Shown here: positions 30,848-41,603 of the stretch, one piece after another
Layout: every line of letters starts with the position of its first letter
Numbering within the stretch: the stretch's first letter is position 1
Position numbers and translations under genes: made by a program
The notes under the pieces: generated by a model
Told to the model about the DNA's origin: nothing
Seen by the model: only the letters and a program-made list of their open reading frames with translations
The model's database searches: none
Assembly (NCBI RefSeq): GCF_013315695.1
Contig: NZ_CP054356.1
Origin: Escherichia coli
Lineage (GTDB): Bacteria > Pseudomonadota > Gammaproteobacteria > Enterobacterales > Enterobacteriaceae
Direction: 5' to 3' (one strand)
DNA: 64,000 bases

Positions 30848-32812
30848 ATGTCAGTAACAAAGTCTGAACCAAAATCTACCCGTAAAGCAAGCCGTAAACC
30901 TGCAAAAACGCAGGAAACTGTCCTGTCTGCCCTGCTGGCGCAGACGGAGGAAGTGAGCGTGCCGCTGGCCTCGCTGATTAAGTCACCACTGAATGTGCGC
31001 ACGGTGCCGTATTCTGCGGAGTCCGTCAGCGAACTGGCTGATTCCATTAAGGGGGTCGGCCTGCTGCAGAATCTGGTTGTTCATGCCCTGCCAGGTGACC
31101 GCCACGGTGTCGCCGCAGGTGGTCGCCGACTGGCAGCACTCAACATGCTGGCAGAGCGTGGCATCATTCCGGCTGACTGGCCTGTCCGCGTGAAAATTAT
31201 TCCGCAGGAACTGGCGACGGCCGCATCGATGACCGAGAACGGTCATCGTCGGGATATGCACCCAGCCGAACAGATTGCCGGATTCTGTGCAATGGCGCAG
31301 GAAGGCAAAACACCTGCACAAATCGGTGATTTGCTGGGCTATTCACCCCGCCACGTTCAGCGAATGCTGAAACTGGCTGACCTTGCGCCTGTCATCCTCG
31401 ATGCGCTGGCAGAAGACCTCATCACCACCGAGCACTGTCAGGCGCTGGCGCTGGAGAACGACACCGCGCGTCAGGTGCAGGTGTTTGAAGCCGCCTGTCA
31501 GTCGGGATGGGGCGGTAAACCGGAAGTACAGACCATTCGTCGTCTGGTGACCGAAAGTGAAGTGGCGGTGGCAGGGAACAGTAAATTCCGCTTCGTGGGG
31601 GCTGATGCCTTCTCGCCAGATGAACTGCGCACTGACCTGTTCAGCGACGACGAGGGTGGCTATGTGGACTGCGTGGCGCTCGATGCCGCCCTGCTGGAAA
31701 AACTCCAGGCTGTTGCTGAACACCTTCGGGAAGCCGAAGGCTGGGGATGGTGCGCCGGACGCATGGAGCCTGTCGGTGAGTGCCGTGAGGATGCCGGAAC
31801 ATACCGCTGTCTGCCGGAGCCGGAAGCGGTGCTGACGGAGGCGGAAGAAGAACGTCTGAACGAACTGATGACGCGTTACGACGCGCTGGAAAACCAGTGT
31901 GAGGAATCTGACCTGCTGGAAGCAGAAATGAAGCTGATGCGCTGCATGGCGAAGGTCAGGGCGTGGACGCCGGAGATGCGTGCCGGAAGCGGTGTGGTGG
32001 TGTCCTGGCGTTATGGCAACGTGTGTGTCCAGCGTGGTGTGCAGTTGCGCAGCGAGGATGATGCGGCTGACGACGCTGACCGCACGGAACAGGTGCAGGA
32101 GAAAGCGCCCGTGGAGGAAATCAGTCTGCCACTGCTGACGAAAATGTCTTCCGAACGCACGCTGGCAGTCCAGGCAGCACTGATGCAGCAACCGGACAAA
32201 TCCCTGGCACTGCTGGCATGGACGCTCTGCCTGAATGTGTTTGGCAGCGGAGCGTACAGTAAACCAGCACAAATCAGCCTGGAATGTAAACATTATTCGC
32301 TGACCAGCGATGCGCCATCGGGGAAGGACGGTGCCGCATTCCTGGCGCTGATGGCAGAAAAAGCCCGTCTTGCAGCCCTGTTACCGGAGGGATGGTCACG
32401 GGATATGACGACGTTCCTGTCACTCAGCCAGGAGGTACTGTTATCCCTGCTCAGTTTCTGCACCGCGTGCAGCATCCACGGCGTTCAGACCCGCGAGCAT
32501 GGTCACACGTCACGCAGTCCGCTGGACTCGCTGGAGAGCGCTATCGGATTCCACATGCGCGACTGGTGGCAGCCGACGAAAGCAAACTTCTTCGGACACC
32601 TGCAAAAGCCGCAGATTATCGATGCCCTGAATGATGCCGGACTGTCCGGTGCTGCGCGGGACGCGGAGAAAATGAAGAAAGGCGATGCCGCTGAACATGC
32701 AGAGTTCCACATGAAAGACAACCGCTGGGTGCCTGGCTGGATGTGTACACCACGTCCACAGGCAGAGACGGAAACCACGGAGTACCGTGACGACCAGGCA
32801 GAAGCCGCCTGA
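30848..32812 (+). CDS. ParB-like nuclease-domain protein of the leading region, 654 aa
   Basis: N-terminal ParB/Srx-like region (...[30 protein letters not shown]...) and large acidic C-terminal extension; position between ssb and psiB as in F-like plasmids. Confidence 0.7.
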
Positions 32813-32880
32813 CCGCCAGTCATAAACCATTTATCACGCCGCCCTGCCGGAGACGGGGCGGCAGCAAGGGAGATACCGTG

Positions 32881-33315
32881 ATGAAAACTGAACTGACCCT
32901 GAATGTATTACAGACCATGAGCGCACAGGAATATGAAGATATCCGGGCTGCCGGAAGTGATGAACGTCGTGAACTCACACATGCCGTGATGCGGGAGCTG
33001 GATGCGCCGGATAACTGGACGATGAACGGCGAGTATGGCAGCGAGTTCGGCGGCTTTTTCCCCGTCCAGGTCCGTTTCACGCCTGCCCACGAACGTTTTC
33101 ACCTGGCGTTATGTTCACCGGGCGATGTCTCTCAGGTCTGGGTGCTGGTTCTGGTGAATGCCGGTGGTGAGCCGTTTGCGGTGGTTCAGGTACAGCGGCG
33201 GTTTGCACCGGAAGCCGTCAGCCATTCACTGGCACTGGCGGCGTCACTGGACGCGCAGGGGTACAGCGTCAGTGACATCATCCATATCCTGATGGCGGAA
33301 GGAGGTCAGGCATGA
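32881..33315 (+). CDS. psiB: Plasmid SOS inhibition protein PsiB, 144 aa
   Basis: Translation [46 protein letters not shown]... matches the recalled F PsiB. Confidence 0.9.
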
Positions 33316-34031
33316 GCGCACGTTCACAGGCACTGGTTCCCCTCAGCGCAGAGCAACAGGCCGCATGGCGGGCGGTGGCGGAGACAGAAAAACGCCGCCA
33401 CCAGGGAAACACGCTGGCGGAATATCCGTATGCGGGGGCGTTTTTCCGCTGTCTGAACGGAAGCCGCAGGATATCGCTGTCTGACCTGCGATTTTTCATG
33501 CCGTCCCTGACCGCAGAAGAACTGCGCGGCAACCGTTCTCAGTGGCTGTATGCCGTCGATGTGCTGATTGAAACTCAGGGCGAGGTCTGCCTTCTTCCCC
33601 TTCCCGGCGATGCAGCAGAGCGGCTGTTCCCGTCGGTGCGGTTCCGTGTCAGGGAGCGCAGTCGCCACAAATCCGCACTGGTCATGCAAAAGTACAGCCG
33701 CCAGCAGGCGAGGGAGGCAGAGCAGAAAGCCCGTGCGTACCAGGCGCTGGTCGCTCAGGCTGAAATCGAACTGGCATTCCATTCGCCGGAAACAGTCGGA
33801 AGCTGGCATGCCCGCTGGAGTGACCGGGTGGCAGAGCATGACCTGGAAACCCTGTTCTGGCAGTGGGGTGAGCGTTTTCCGTCACTGGCCGGAATGGAAC
33901 GCTGGCAGTGGCAGGATATGCCGTTCTGGCAGGTTATTGCGGAAGCCAGTCTTGCAGCAAGAGAGGCCGGTCACGCTGTCCGTGAGATGGAGCGGTGGAT
34001 GGTGCCGAACAAACTCCGGGAGGCGGCGTGA
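33312..34031 (+). CDS. psiA: Plasmid SOS inhibition protein PsiA, 239 aa
   Basis: Overlaps the psiB stop (ATGA); translation [32 protein letters not shown]... matches recalled PsiA. Confidence 0.88.
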
Positions 34032-34194
34032 TGCGGCAACAATCGCACAGATTACCCGTAAACAGCCTGAATGAGCGGGTTATTTTCAGGAAAAGTGAGT
34101 GTGGTCAGCGTGCAGGTATATGGGCTATGATGTGCCCGGCGCTTGAGGCTTTCTGCCTCATGACGTGAAGGTGGTTTGTTACCGTGTTGTGTGG

Positions 34195-34265
34195 CAGAAA
34201 GAAGATAGCCCCGTAGTAAGTTAATTTTCATTAACCACCACGAGGCATCCCTATGTCTAGTCCAC
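34195..34265 (-). ncRNA. sok: Putative Sok antisense RNA of the hok/sok (flm) locus; coordinates approximate
   Basis: Inferred from the position complementary to the hok/mok mRNA leader; ends not mapped. Confidence 0.3.
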
Positions 34266-34465
34266 ATCAGGATAGCCTCTTACCGCGCTTTGCGCAAGGA
34301 GAAGAAGGCCATGAAACTACCACGAAGTTCCCTTGTCTGGTGTGTGTTGATCGTGTGTCTCACACTGTTGATATTCACTTATCTGACACGAAAATCGCTG
34401 TGCGAGATTCGTTACAGAGACGGACACAGGGAGGTGGCGGCTTTCATGGCTTACGAATCCGGTAA
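34253..34465 (+). CDS. mok: Mok (modulator of killing) overlapping reading frame, 70 aa
   Basis: Translation [52 protein letters not shown]... overlapping hok in another frame. Confidence 0.6.
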   Translation: MSSPHQDSLLPRFAQGEEGHETTTKFPCLVCVDRVSHTVDIHLSDTKIAVRDSLQRRTQGGGGFHGLRIR

Positions 34466-34469
34466 GTAG
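34311..34469 (+). CDS. hok: Hok/FlmA post-segregational killing toxin, 52 aa
   Basis: Hand translation [52 protein letters not shown] matches recalled Hok; the downstream fold-back region ...cttttcagggctgatgctggtctgactgc... is present. Confidence 0.85.
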   Translation: MKLPRSSLVWCVLIVCLTLLIFTYLTRKSLCEIRYRDGHREVAAFMAYESGK

Positions 34470-34799
34470 CAACCTGGAGGCGGGCGCAGGCCCGCCTTTT
34501 CAGGGCTGATGCTGGTCTGACTGCACTGAAGCGCCTTTATAAAGGGGCTGCTGGTTCGCCGGTGGCCCCTTTCTCCTTGCTGGCATTGTACGGGCATGAA
34601 CAACCAGACTGCCAGGAAGGCCGTTTCCCTCCGGGAACGGGGATGAACGTGCGCCTGCGGCGCCCGTTCTTTTCCCCCGCCTTCTCTGTTTATGACTTAC
34701 CAGAAATCACATCACCTTCCCTTTGATTATTCTCTTTTTCCTCCTGCTCTGACTCTGATTACTGCTCTGACTCTGATTACTGCTGCCCTGATTATTGTC

Positions 34800-35370
34800 T
34801 GTTTTGTTGTTCTCCTGCTTATGCCTTTTCCGGGCGTCCCCCTGGCGGGGCGGGCTGTCGTGAACGGAGCCAGCGAAGCTGTCTCCGCCCTGGCGGGCTT
34901 CCATCCCTGACGCAAAACCCCCGGCTTGCAGCGACTGTTCCGGTCGCGCCGCCTCTGTCGCGCCGTGGCCTGCGCTCCTGGCATCCCGGCAAAAGGCCGC
35001 CGGGATGTAAGGCGCAACGCCGTTTCGCAAACCGCGCTTCACGTCGTTGCGGCGGGTCCCTGCCCGTTGTTGTGTCCGGTGCCATTCACCTGTTTAAGCC
35101 CTGTCGCCGGGGCTGATAGTTGATACAACCTGCCGCACTGACTGTCCGGTAAAATGAACAGCCCACAAAATTTTTTACCCAAAACCCGGTAAAAATTTTG
35201 CGTTCTGCTCCAGACAGGTGCGTCAGGCCGTGGCAGGTGATGCCCCTGCGGCGAAGGTTCTCAAACAGGTGATGGTGAATACCGGAGGAACAAAAGGCAG
35301 GTCCCCGCAAAACGTCAAAACCGCGGCTCCCGAAACTCAACAGATGATGGGGGCTGAAAACATCAGATAC
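34800..35370. repeat. Leading-region repeat family R2 (Frpo/ssi-like), copy 3; preceded by a tandem 18-bp unit (ctgactctgattactgct x2) at 34748-34783
   Basis: See copy 1; ends at the RBS (caggagga) of the ORF at 35381. Confidence 0.5.
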
Positions 35371-35380
35371 AGGAGGAATT

Positions 35381-35677
35381 ATGAGCGCATTTTCTTTTAA
35401 CACCACTTATCAGCCAACAGGCGATCAGCAGAAAGACGCAATCGCACAAATCGGGATCATGCAGAATCGTGCTGTTCAGGCAAATCTTGCATATCAGAGC
35501 TGCCGGGATTCTGGTGCACTCTTTAAGGTGCTCCACCAGGTCAATAATGAGCTGCATGACTTACTGGATAGCCTGGAGAATCATACTCCTCTTGTCAGAA
35601 AAAACGCTGATGAGTTGATCGCGCTGTTACTGCTTTTCACTCGGCAGGTTGGTCAGTCCCGAACTGACCTGATTTGA
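35381..35677 (+). CDS. Hypothetical protein, 98 aa; first ORF downstream of the oriT-proximal R2 copy
   Basis: Strong RBS AGGAGGA 7 nt upstream of the ATG; no recognised motif. Confidence 0.5.
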   Translation: MSAFSFNTTYQPTGDQQKDAIAQIGIMQNRAVQANLAYQSCRDSGALFKVLHQVNNELHDLLDSLENHTPLVRKNADELIALLLLFTRQVGQSRTDLI

Positions 35678-35787
35678 TGGTCCTTCCCCTCGGAATTGTT
35701 GTCTTTTTGTTAACGATAACCGAGGGGGGATGATATTAAGCGAAAAAACTTTTATTAATTTTATGCCTTCATAAAGGAGTTACTGTT

Positions 35788-36609
35788 ATGCGATTAGCTT
35801 CCCGTTTTGGTCGATATAATTCTATTCGCCGTGAGCGCCCGTTAACGGATGACGAATTAATGCAGTTTGTTCCATCTGTCTTTTCTGGTGATAAACATGA
35901 ATCCCGGAGTGAGCGTTATACATATATCCCAACCATCAATATCATCAATAAGTTACGTGATGAAGGTTTCCAGCCATTCTTTGCCTGTCAGAGTCGGGTT
36001 CGTGATTTGGGACGCCGCGAATACAGTAAACATATGTTACGTCTTCGCAGGGAAGGGCATATTAACGGGAAAGAAGTTCCTGAAATTATCCTGCTTAATT
36101 CACATGATGGTTCATCCAGTTATCAGATGATCCCAGGAATTTTTCGTTTTGTCTGCACAAATGGCCTGGTGTGTGGGAATAATTTTGGCGAAATCCGCGT
36201 TCCACATAAAGGTGATATTGTCGGGCAGGTTATTGAGGGAGCGTATGAAGTGCTCGGTGTCTTTGATAAAGTCACTGAAAATATGGAGACAATGAAAGAG
36301 ATACATCTTAACAGTGACGAACAACATTTATTTGGCAGAGCTGCATTGATGGCCAGGTACGAAGATGAAAATAAAACGCCAGTGACGCCAGAACAAATAA
36401 TTACTCCCCGCCGTTGGGAGGATAAACAGAACGATCTCTGGACAACCTGGCAGCGGGTTCAGGAGAATATGATAAAAGGTGGATTATCGGGGCGAAGTGC
36501 CTCCGGTAAAAATACCAGAACAAGAGCCATTACAGGCATTGACGGTGATATCCGAATCAACAAAGCATTATGGATGATTGCCGAACAGTTCAGGGAGTGG
36601 AAGTCATGA
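35788..36609 (+). CDS. Conserved leading-region protein (orf273/YubP-like), 273 aa
   Basis: Size and position match the 273-aa ORF found between hok and gene X in F-like plasmids; assignment by synteny and recall. Confidence 0.55.
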   Translation: MRLASRFGRYNSIRRERPLTDDELMQFVPSVFSGDKHESRSERYTYIPTINIINKLRDEGFQPFFACQSRVRDLGRREYSKHMLRLRREGHINGKEVPEIILLNSHDGSSSYQMIPGIFRFVCTNGLVCGNNFGEIRVPHKGDIVGQVIEGAYEVLGVFDKVTENMETMKEIHLNSDEQHLFGRAALMARYEDENKTPVTPEQIITPRRWEDKQNDLWTTWQRVQENMIKGGLSGRSASGKNTRTRAITGIDGDIRINKALWMIAEQFREWKS

Positions 36610-36905
36610 TAATATAAGTAAAGCCCCGAAAAATTTTTCGGGGCTTTACTTATATTATCATCCTGCGGCATTGCTGTGTCGTCTGATATGCCTCAATTTC
36701 ATCAACTGGCTTTTCGGTAGTCTGTAAATATTGTGCCCGCGAAAAATGGTCTGGCAGGAGGCTGCACAGTTACCGGATATATATAAGATGGGATCCCGCT
36801 TTGCGGGGCTTCGGCCAGTCAGCATTATCACTCATATGATATTTTTGTGTGTGGCCTTCCATGCCGCTGTCGCGGCATAACCGGTATTTGACAATGTATA
36901 CAATA

Positions 36906-37415
36906 TTAATTTTTCTGCACACTGTTAATTTGGGAAAGTGATTTCTTCGTGGTCGGAACCCGGATGCCTTTACTGCTCTTTATCCAGGTATAAATCCGGT
37001 AAACCTCTGATGCGTAGGCAAGACGTCTCTGGTTCTGGCGTTCGGTCTTCCTGAATCCGGCATTGTATGCACCAACGGCCTCCCAGGAGACGCCCCATTT
37101 TTTAAAGGCTATTGCCAGATAATAAGCACCGGTATAAATGTTCATGCAGGGATCTGTTGTCAGATGTTCCGGCTTAATTCCATAGCGGGCCAGTTCGTTA
37201 AAATGCTGGGAATCTACCTGCATCAGTCCGCTGCCATATCCCGTTACCGGATTAATACCGATGGCATTAACCCGGTAACGGGATTCTTTCCATGATATCG
37301 CTCTCAGTAAATCCGGGTCTATTTTGTAATCCCGACCTGCAAGATCAAAGCAATCGGCGGCTTCGCAGATCCCATTTATAAACATCAGGCAGATTGCTAA
37401 CATCCATTTTTTCAT
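36906..37415 (-). CDS. Lytic transglycosylase (gene X / orf169 / P19 family), 169 aa
   Basis: Signal peptide, then the lytic transglycosylase catalytic region ...[32 protein letters not shown]... (catalytic Glu in the WKES motif) and AYNAG motif. Confidence 0.85.
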   Translation of the reverse strand: MKKWMLAICLMFINGICEAADCFDLAGRDYKIDPDLLRAISWKESRYRVNAIGINPVTGYGSGLMQVDSQHFNELARYGIKPEHLTTDPCMNIYTGAYYLAIAFKKWGVSWEAVGAYNAGFRKTERQNQRRLAYASEVYRIYTWIKSSKGIRVPTTKKSLSQINSVQKN

Positions 37416-37439
37416 TTTTCCACCTCTGGTGACTTTATC

Positions 37440-37810
37440 CGTAAATAATTTAACCTACTCCACAAAAAGGCTCAACAGGTTGGTGGTTCTCACCACCAAA
37501 AGCACCACACCCCACGCAAAAACAATTTTTTGCTGATTTTTCTTTATAAATAGAGTGTTATGAAAAATTAGTTTCTCTTACTCTCTTTATGATATTTAAA
37601 AAAGCGGTGTCGGCGCGGCTACAACAACGCGCCGACACCGCTTTGTAGGGGTGGTACTGACTATTTTTATAAAAAACATCATTTTATATTAGGGGCGCTG
37701 CTAGCGGCGCGGTGTGTTTTTTTATAGGATACCGCTAGGGGCGCTGCTAGCGGTGCGTCCCTGTTTGTATTATGAATTTTAGTGTTCCGAAATTAACTTT
37801 ATTTTATGTT
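37440..37810. other. oriT: oriT (origin of transfer): F-type nic sequence on the minus strand (GGGGTGT^GGTGCT, nick between 37507 and 37506), with TraM-binding repeats near traM
   Basis: Reverse complement of 37490-37520 reads gcgtggggtgtggtgcttttggtggtgag, the recalled F/R100 nic region; ctagcggcgcg/cgctaggggcgctgctagcgg repeats upstream of traM resemble sbm sites. Transfer would proceed from 37506 toward lower coordinates, so the leading region enters first. Confidence 0.8.
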
Positions 37811-37828
37811 CAAAAAAGGTAATCTCTA

Positions 37829-38212
37829 ATGGCTAAGGTGAACCTGTATATCAGCAATGATGCCTATGAAAAAATAAATTCGATTATTGAGAAGCGTCGA
37901 CAGGAAGGGGCAAGGGAAAAAGATGTCAGTTTTTCAGCAACAGCTTCAATGCTTCTTGAACTGGGGCTTCGTGTATATGAGGCTCAGATGGAGCGTAAAG
38001 AGTCTGCATTTAATCAGACTGAGTTTAATAAATTGCTTCTTGAATGCGTTGTAAAAACACAATCATCAGTAGCGAAAATTTTGGGTATTGAGTCTCTCAG
38101 TCCTCATGTCTCCGGAAATCCAAAGTTTGAATATGCCAATATGGTTGAAGATATCAGGGAGAAGGTATCATCTGAGATGGAACGATTTTTTCCAAAAAAT
38201 GATGATGAATAA
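37829..38212 (+). CDS. traM: Relaxosome protein TraM, 127 aa
   Basis: Translation MAKVNLYISNDAYEKINSIIEKRRQEGAREKDVSFSATASMLLELGLRVYE... matches recalled F TraM. Confidence 0.92.
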   Translation: MAKVNLYISNDAYEKINSIIEKRRQEGAREKDVSFSATASMLLELGLRVYEAQMERKESAFNQTEFNKLLLECVVKTQSSVAKILGIESLSPHVSGNPKFEYANMVEDIREKVSSEMERFFPKNDDE

Positions 38213-38304
38213 AAGAAATTTGACTTCGTTCAAATATCAGAGTTTTTATGATTTAAAAAGGTGACAGTACGAAAGATAATTAGTATATTAATTACGTGGT
38301 TAAT

Positions 38305-38395
38305 GCCACGTTAAAATTTGAATTTGAAAATCGCCGATGCAGGGAGTTCTCTCCTCCCCGCATCGACTGTCCATAGAATCCTTTGTGAGGAGGTT
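38305..38395 (-). ncRNA. finP: Putative FinP antisense RNA (fertility inhibition); coordinates approximate
   Basis: Expected antisense to the traJ leader between traM and traJ; ends not mapped from sequence. Confidence 0.35.
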
Positions 38396-39088
38396 CCTAT
38401 GTATCCGATGGATCGTATTCAACAAAAACATGCTCGTCAAATAGATCTGCTGGAAAATCTGACGGCAGTTATTCAGGATTATCCAAATCCAGCCTGTATC
38501 AGGGACGAAACTGGAAAATTTATTTTTTGCAATACGCTGTTTCATGAGTCATTTCTTACACAAGATCAAAGTGCTGAAAAATGGCTTCTGTCGCAGAGAG
38601 ATTTTTATGAATTGATCTCTGTCACAGAGATGGAAGCATACAGGAATGAGCATACGCATCTTAATCTTGTAGAGGATGTTTTTATTCAGAACAGATTCTG
38701 GACAATATCTGTCCAGTCATTTCTTAATGGACACAGAAATATTATTCTGTGGCAATTTTATGATGCTGCTCATGTTCGTCATAAAGACAGTTATAATCAA
38801 AAAACGATTGTCAGTGATGATATCAGAAATATAATCAGAAGAATGAGTGATGATTCTTCTGTATCATCATATGTAAATGATGTATTTTACTTATATAGCA
38901 CCGGAATCAGTCATAATGCTATAGCAAGAATATTAAACATATCCATCTCCACATCAAAGAAACACGCATCTCTGATATGCGACTACTTCTCTGTTTCTAA
39001 TAAAGATGAGTTAATCATCTTACTCTACAATAAAAAGTTTATTCATTATTTATACGAGAAGGCTATGTGTATCATAAATATGCGTTAA
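38396..39088 (+). CDS. traJ: Transfer operon activator TraJ, about 230 aa
   Basis: Translation from MYPMDRIQQKHARQIDLLENLTAVIQDYPNPACIRDETGK... matches recalled F TraJ; the longer upstream ORF is probably not translated. Confidence 0.85.
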   Translation, partial: PMYPMDRIQQKHARQIDLLENLTAVIQDYPNPACIRDETGKFIFCNTLFHESFLTQDQSAEKWLLSQRDFYELISVTEMEAYRNEHTHLNLVEDVFIQNRFWTISVQSFLNGHRNIILWQFYDAAHVRHKDSYNQKTIVSDDIRNIIRRMSDDSSVSSYVNDVFYLYSTGISHNAIARILNISISTSKKHASLICDYFSVSNKDELIILLYNKKFIHYLYEKAMCIINMR

Positions 39089-39180
39089 TAAAGTGTTAAT
39101 AAAATATAGACTTTCCGTCTATTTACCTTTTCTGATTATTCTGCAAACATAAGTGGTAACCAGAAGATAAACAGCGGGAG

Positions 39181-39582
39181 GTGTTATTGAAAAGATTTGG
39201 TACACGTTCTGCAACAGGTAAGATGGTAAAACTAAAATTACCTGTAGATGTGGAAAGTCTATTAATTGAGGCAAGTAACAGAAGCGGAAGAAGTCGATCG
39301 TTTGAGGCAGTAATAAGACTTAAAGATCATCTTCACCGCTATCCAAAGTTTAACAGGGCAGGAAATATCTATGGTAAGTCGCTGGTTAAGTATCTGACAA
39401 TGCGTCTGGATGATGAAACTAACCAGCTACTTATTGCAGCAAAAAATCGTAGTGGATGGTGTAAAACAGATGAGGCTGCAGACAGAGTTATTGATCATTT
39501 GATCAAGTTTCCTGATTTTTATAACTCGGAGATATTCAGGGAGGCAGATAAAGAGGAAGATATAACATTTAATACACTCTAG
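39181..39582 (+). CDS. traY: Relaxosome accessory protein TraY (ribbon-helix-helix), about 131-133 aa
   Basis: Translation ...KRFGTRSATGKMVKLKLPVDVESLLIEASNRSGRSRSFEAVIRLKDHL... with duplicated RHH modules; non-ATG start likely. Confidence 0.85.
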   Translation: MLLKRFGTRSATGKMVKLKLPVDVESLLIEASNRSGRSRSFEAVIRLKDHLHRYPKFNRAGNIYGKSLVKYLTMRLDDETNQLLIAAKNRSGWCKTDEAADRVIDHLIKFPDFYNSEIFREADKEEDITFNTL

Positions 39583-39614
39583 TTTTATTCATTTATCCGA
39601 AATTGAGGTAACTT

Positions 39615-39974
39615 ATGAATACTGTTTTAAGTGTTCAGGGTGCTTCTGCGCCCGTCAAAAAGAAATCGTTTTTTTCTAAATTCACTCGTCTGAATATGCT
39701 TCGCCTGGTTCGTGCAGTGATCCCGGTTGCTGTTCTGATGATGTTGTTCCCTGAGTTAGCTATGGCTGCTGGTAAAGGCGACCTGATGGCTAAAGGTAAC
39801 GATACGGTTAAGGCGACCTTCGGTAAGGACTCCAGTATCGTTAAATGGGTTGTTCTGGCTGAGGTGCTGGTCGGTGCGGTCATGTACATGATGACCAAAA
39901 ACGTCAAGTTCCTGGTCGGCTTTGCCATCATCTCTGTATTTATTGCTGTGGGTATGAGCGTCGTTGGCCTCTGA
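39615..39974 (+). CDS. traA: Propilin TraA, 119 aa
   Basis: Long leader peptide ending ...LAMA, then mature pilin ending [23 protein letters not shown]; N-terminal mature region differs from the F type ([13 protein letters not shown]). Confidence 0.9.
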   Translation: MNTVLSVQGASAPVKKKSFFSKFTRLNMLRLVRAVIPVAVLMMLFPELAMAAGKGDLMAKGNDTVKATFGKDSSIVKWVVLAEVLVGAVMYMMTKNVKFLVGFAIISVFIAVGMSVVGL

Positions 39975-39988
39975 CAGGAAATAAAACG

Positions 39989-40300
39989 ATGTCGGGAGAC
40001 GAGAATAAACTTAAGAAATATCGTTTCCCGGAAACACTGACCAACCAGAGCCGCTGGTTTGGCCTGCCACTGGATGAACTGATCCCCGCAGCAATCTGTG
40101 TTGGCTGGGGTATCACAACATCGAAATATCTGTTCGGTATTGGTGCAGCGGTTCTGGTTTATTTCGGGATTAAAAAACTGAAAAAAGGGCGGGGCAGTTC
40201 CTGGTTACGTGACCTGATTTACTGGTATATGCCAACAGCCCTGCTGCGCGGTATTTTTCATAATGTTCCCGATTCGTGTTTCCGGCAGTGGATTAAATAG
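39989..40300 (+). CDS. traL: Pilus assembly protein TraL
   Basis: Position and size in the tra operon; membrane-spanning segment. Confidence 0.8.
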   Translation: MSGDENKLKKYRFPETLTNQSRWFGLPLDELIPAAICVGWGITTSKYLFGIGAAVLVYFGIKKLKKGRGSSWLRDLIYWYMPTALLRGIFHNVPDSCFRQWIK

Positions 40301-40321
40301 AACTGATACCAGGATTGTTAT

Positions 40322-40888
40322 ATGGAACACGGTGCCCGTTTAAGTACCAGTCGTGTAATGGCCATCGCCTTTATATTTATGTCAGTGCTTATTGTTCTCA
40401 GCCTCTCTGTTAACGTCATTCAGGGGGTGAATAACTACCGCCTTCAGAATGAGCAACGCACTGCCGTGACGCCAATGGGATTTAATGTGCCCTTTGCCGT
40501 GTCACAGAACAGTGCCGATGCCTCTTATTTGCAGCAGATGGCGCTGTCATTTATTGCCCTCCGTCTGAATGTCTCACCGGAAATCGTCGATGCCTCACAT
40601 CAGGCGCTTCTGCAATATATCCGCCCGGGCGCACAGAACCAGATGAAAGTTATTCTGGCTGAAGAAGCGAAACTCATTAAAAAAGATAACGTGAATTCTG
40701 CTTTTTTCCAGACCAGTGTCCGTGTCTGGCCTCAGTATGGTCGTGTGGAAATCCGTGGAATTCGGAAAACATGGATTGGTAACTCCGAACCTTTTACTGA
40801 TATCAAACATTACATCCTTATTCTGAAGCGGGAAAACGGGGTGACCTGGCTGGATAATTTCGGGGAAACAGACGATGAGAAAAAATAA
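40322..40888 (+). CDS. traE: Pilus assembly protein TraE, 188 aa
   Basis: Position, size, N-terminal TM anchor. Confidence 0.88.
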   Translation: MEHGARLSTSRVMAIAFIFMSVLIVLSLSVNVIQGVNNYRLQNEQRTAVTPMGFNVPFAVSQNSADASYLQQMALSFIALRLNVSPEIVDASHQALLQYIRPGAQNQMKVILAEEAKLIKKDNVNSAFFQTSVRVWPQYGRVEIRGIRKTWIGNSEPFTDIKHYILILKRENGVTWLDNFGETDDEKK

Positions 40889-41603
40889 TACGGCAATAAT
40901 ATTCGGCGGCCTGTTTTTTTCCTGCAGCGTGATGGCCGCAAACGGTACGCTGGCCCCCACTGTGGTGCCAATGGTGAACGGTGGTCAGGCCAGTATTGCC
41001 ATCAGCAATACCAGCCCGAATCTGTTTACCGTTCCCGGTGACCGGATTATCGCCGTGAACAGTCTGGATGGTGCCCTGACCAATAATGAGCAGACCGCCT
41101 CCGGCGGTGTGGTGGTGGCCACCGTCAACAAAAAGCCCTTTACGTTCATTCTGGAAACAGAGCGTGGTCTGAACCTTTCCATTCAGGCTGTTCCCCGTGA
41201 AGGCGCGGGGCGTACCATTCAGCTGGTCAGTGACCTGCGCGGAACCGGAGAAGAAGCCGGAGCGTGGGAAACGTCCACGCCTTACGAATCCCTGCTTGTG
41301 ACCATCAGCCAGGCTGTCCGTGGCGGAAAATTACCTGCAGGCTGGTATCAGGTTCCTGTGACAAAGGAAACCCTGCAGGCCCCGGCGGGGCTGTCTTCAG
41401 TGGCAGATTCCGTATGGACGGGGAATCACCTGAAGATGGTCCGCTTTGCCGTGGAAAATAAAACGCTGTCTGCCCTGAATATCCGGGAAAGTGATTTCTG
41501 GCAGCCGGGAACCCGTGCCGTGATGTTCAGCCAGCCTGCCAGCCAGTTACTGGCAGGTGCGCGCATGGATGTGTATGTCATCCGTGACGGGGAGGGCAAC
41601 TGA
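40875..41603 (+). CDS. traK: Secretin-like transfer protein TraK, 242 aa
   Basis: Signal peptide, position and size. Confidence 0.88.
   Translation: MRKNNTAIIFGGLFFSCSVMAANGTLAPTVVPMVNGGQASIAISNTSPNLFTVPGDRIIAVNSLDGALTNNEQTASGGVVVATVNKKPFTFILETERGLNLSIQAVPREGAGRTIQLVSDLRGTGEEAGAWETSTPYESLLVTISQAVRGGKLPAGWYQVPVTKETLQAPAGLSSVADSVWTGNHLKMVRFAVENKTLSALNIRESDFWQPGTRAVMFSQPASQLLAGARMDVYVIRDGEGN

Noticed and set aside
31343-32293. 316-aa minus-strand ORF antisense to the ParB-like gene
   Set aside because: It lies entirely inside a well-supported plus-strand gene in GC-rich DNA; its translation is Arg/His/Gln-rich and low-complexity with no RBS. Typical antisense artefact.
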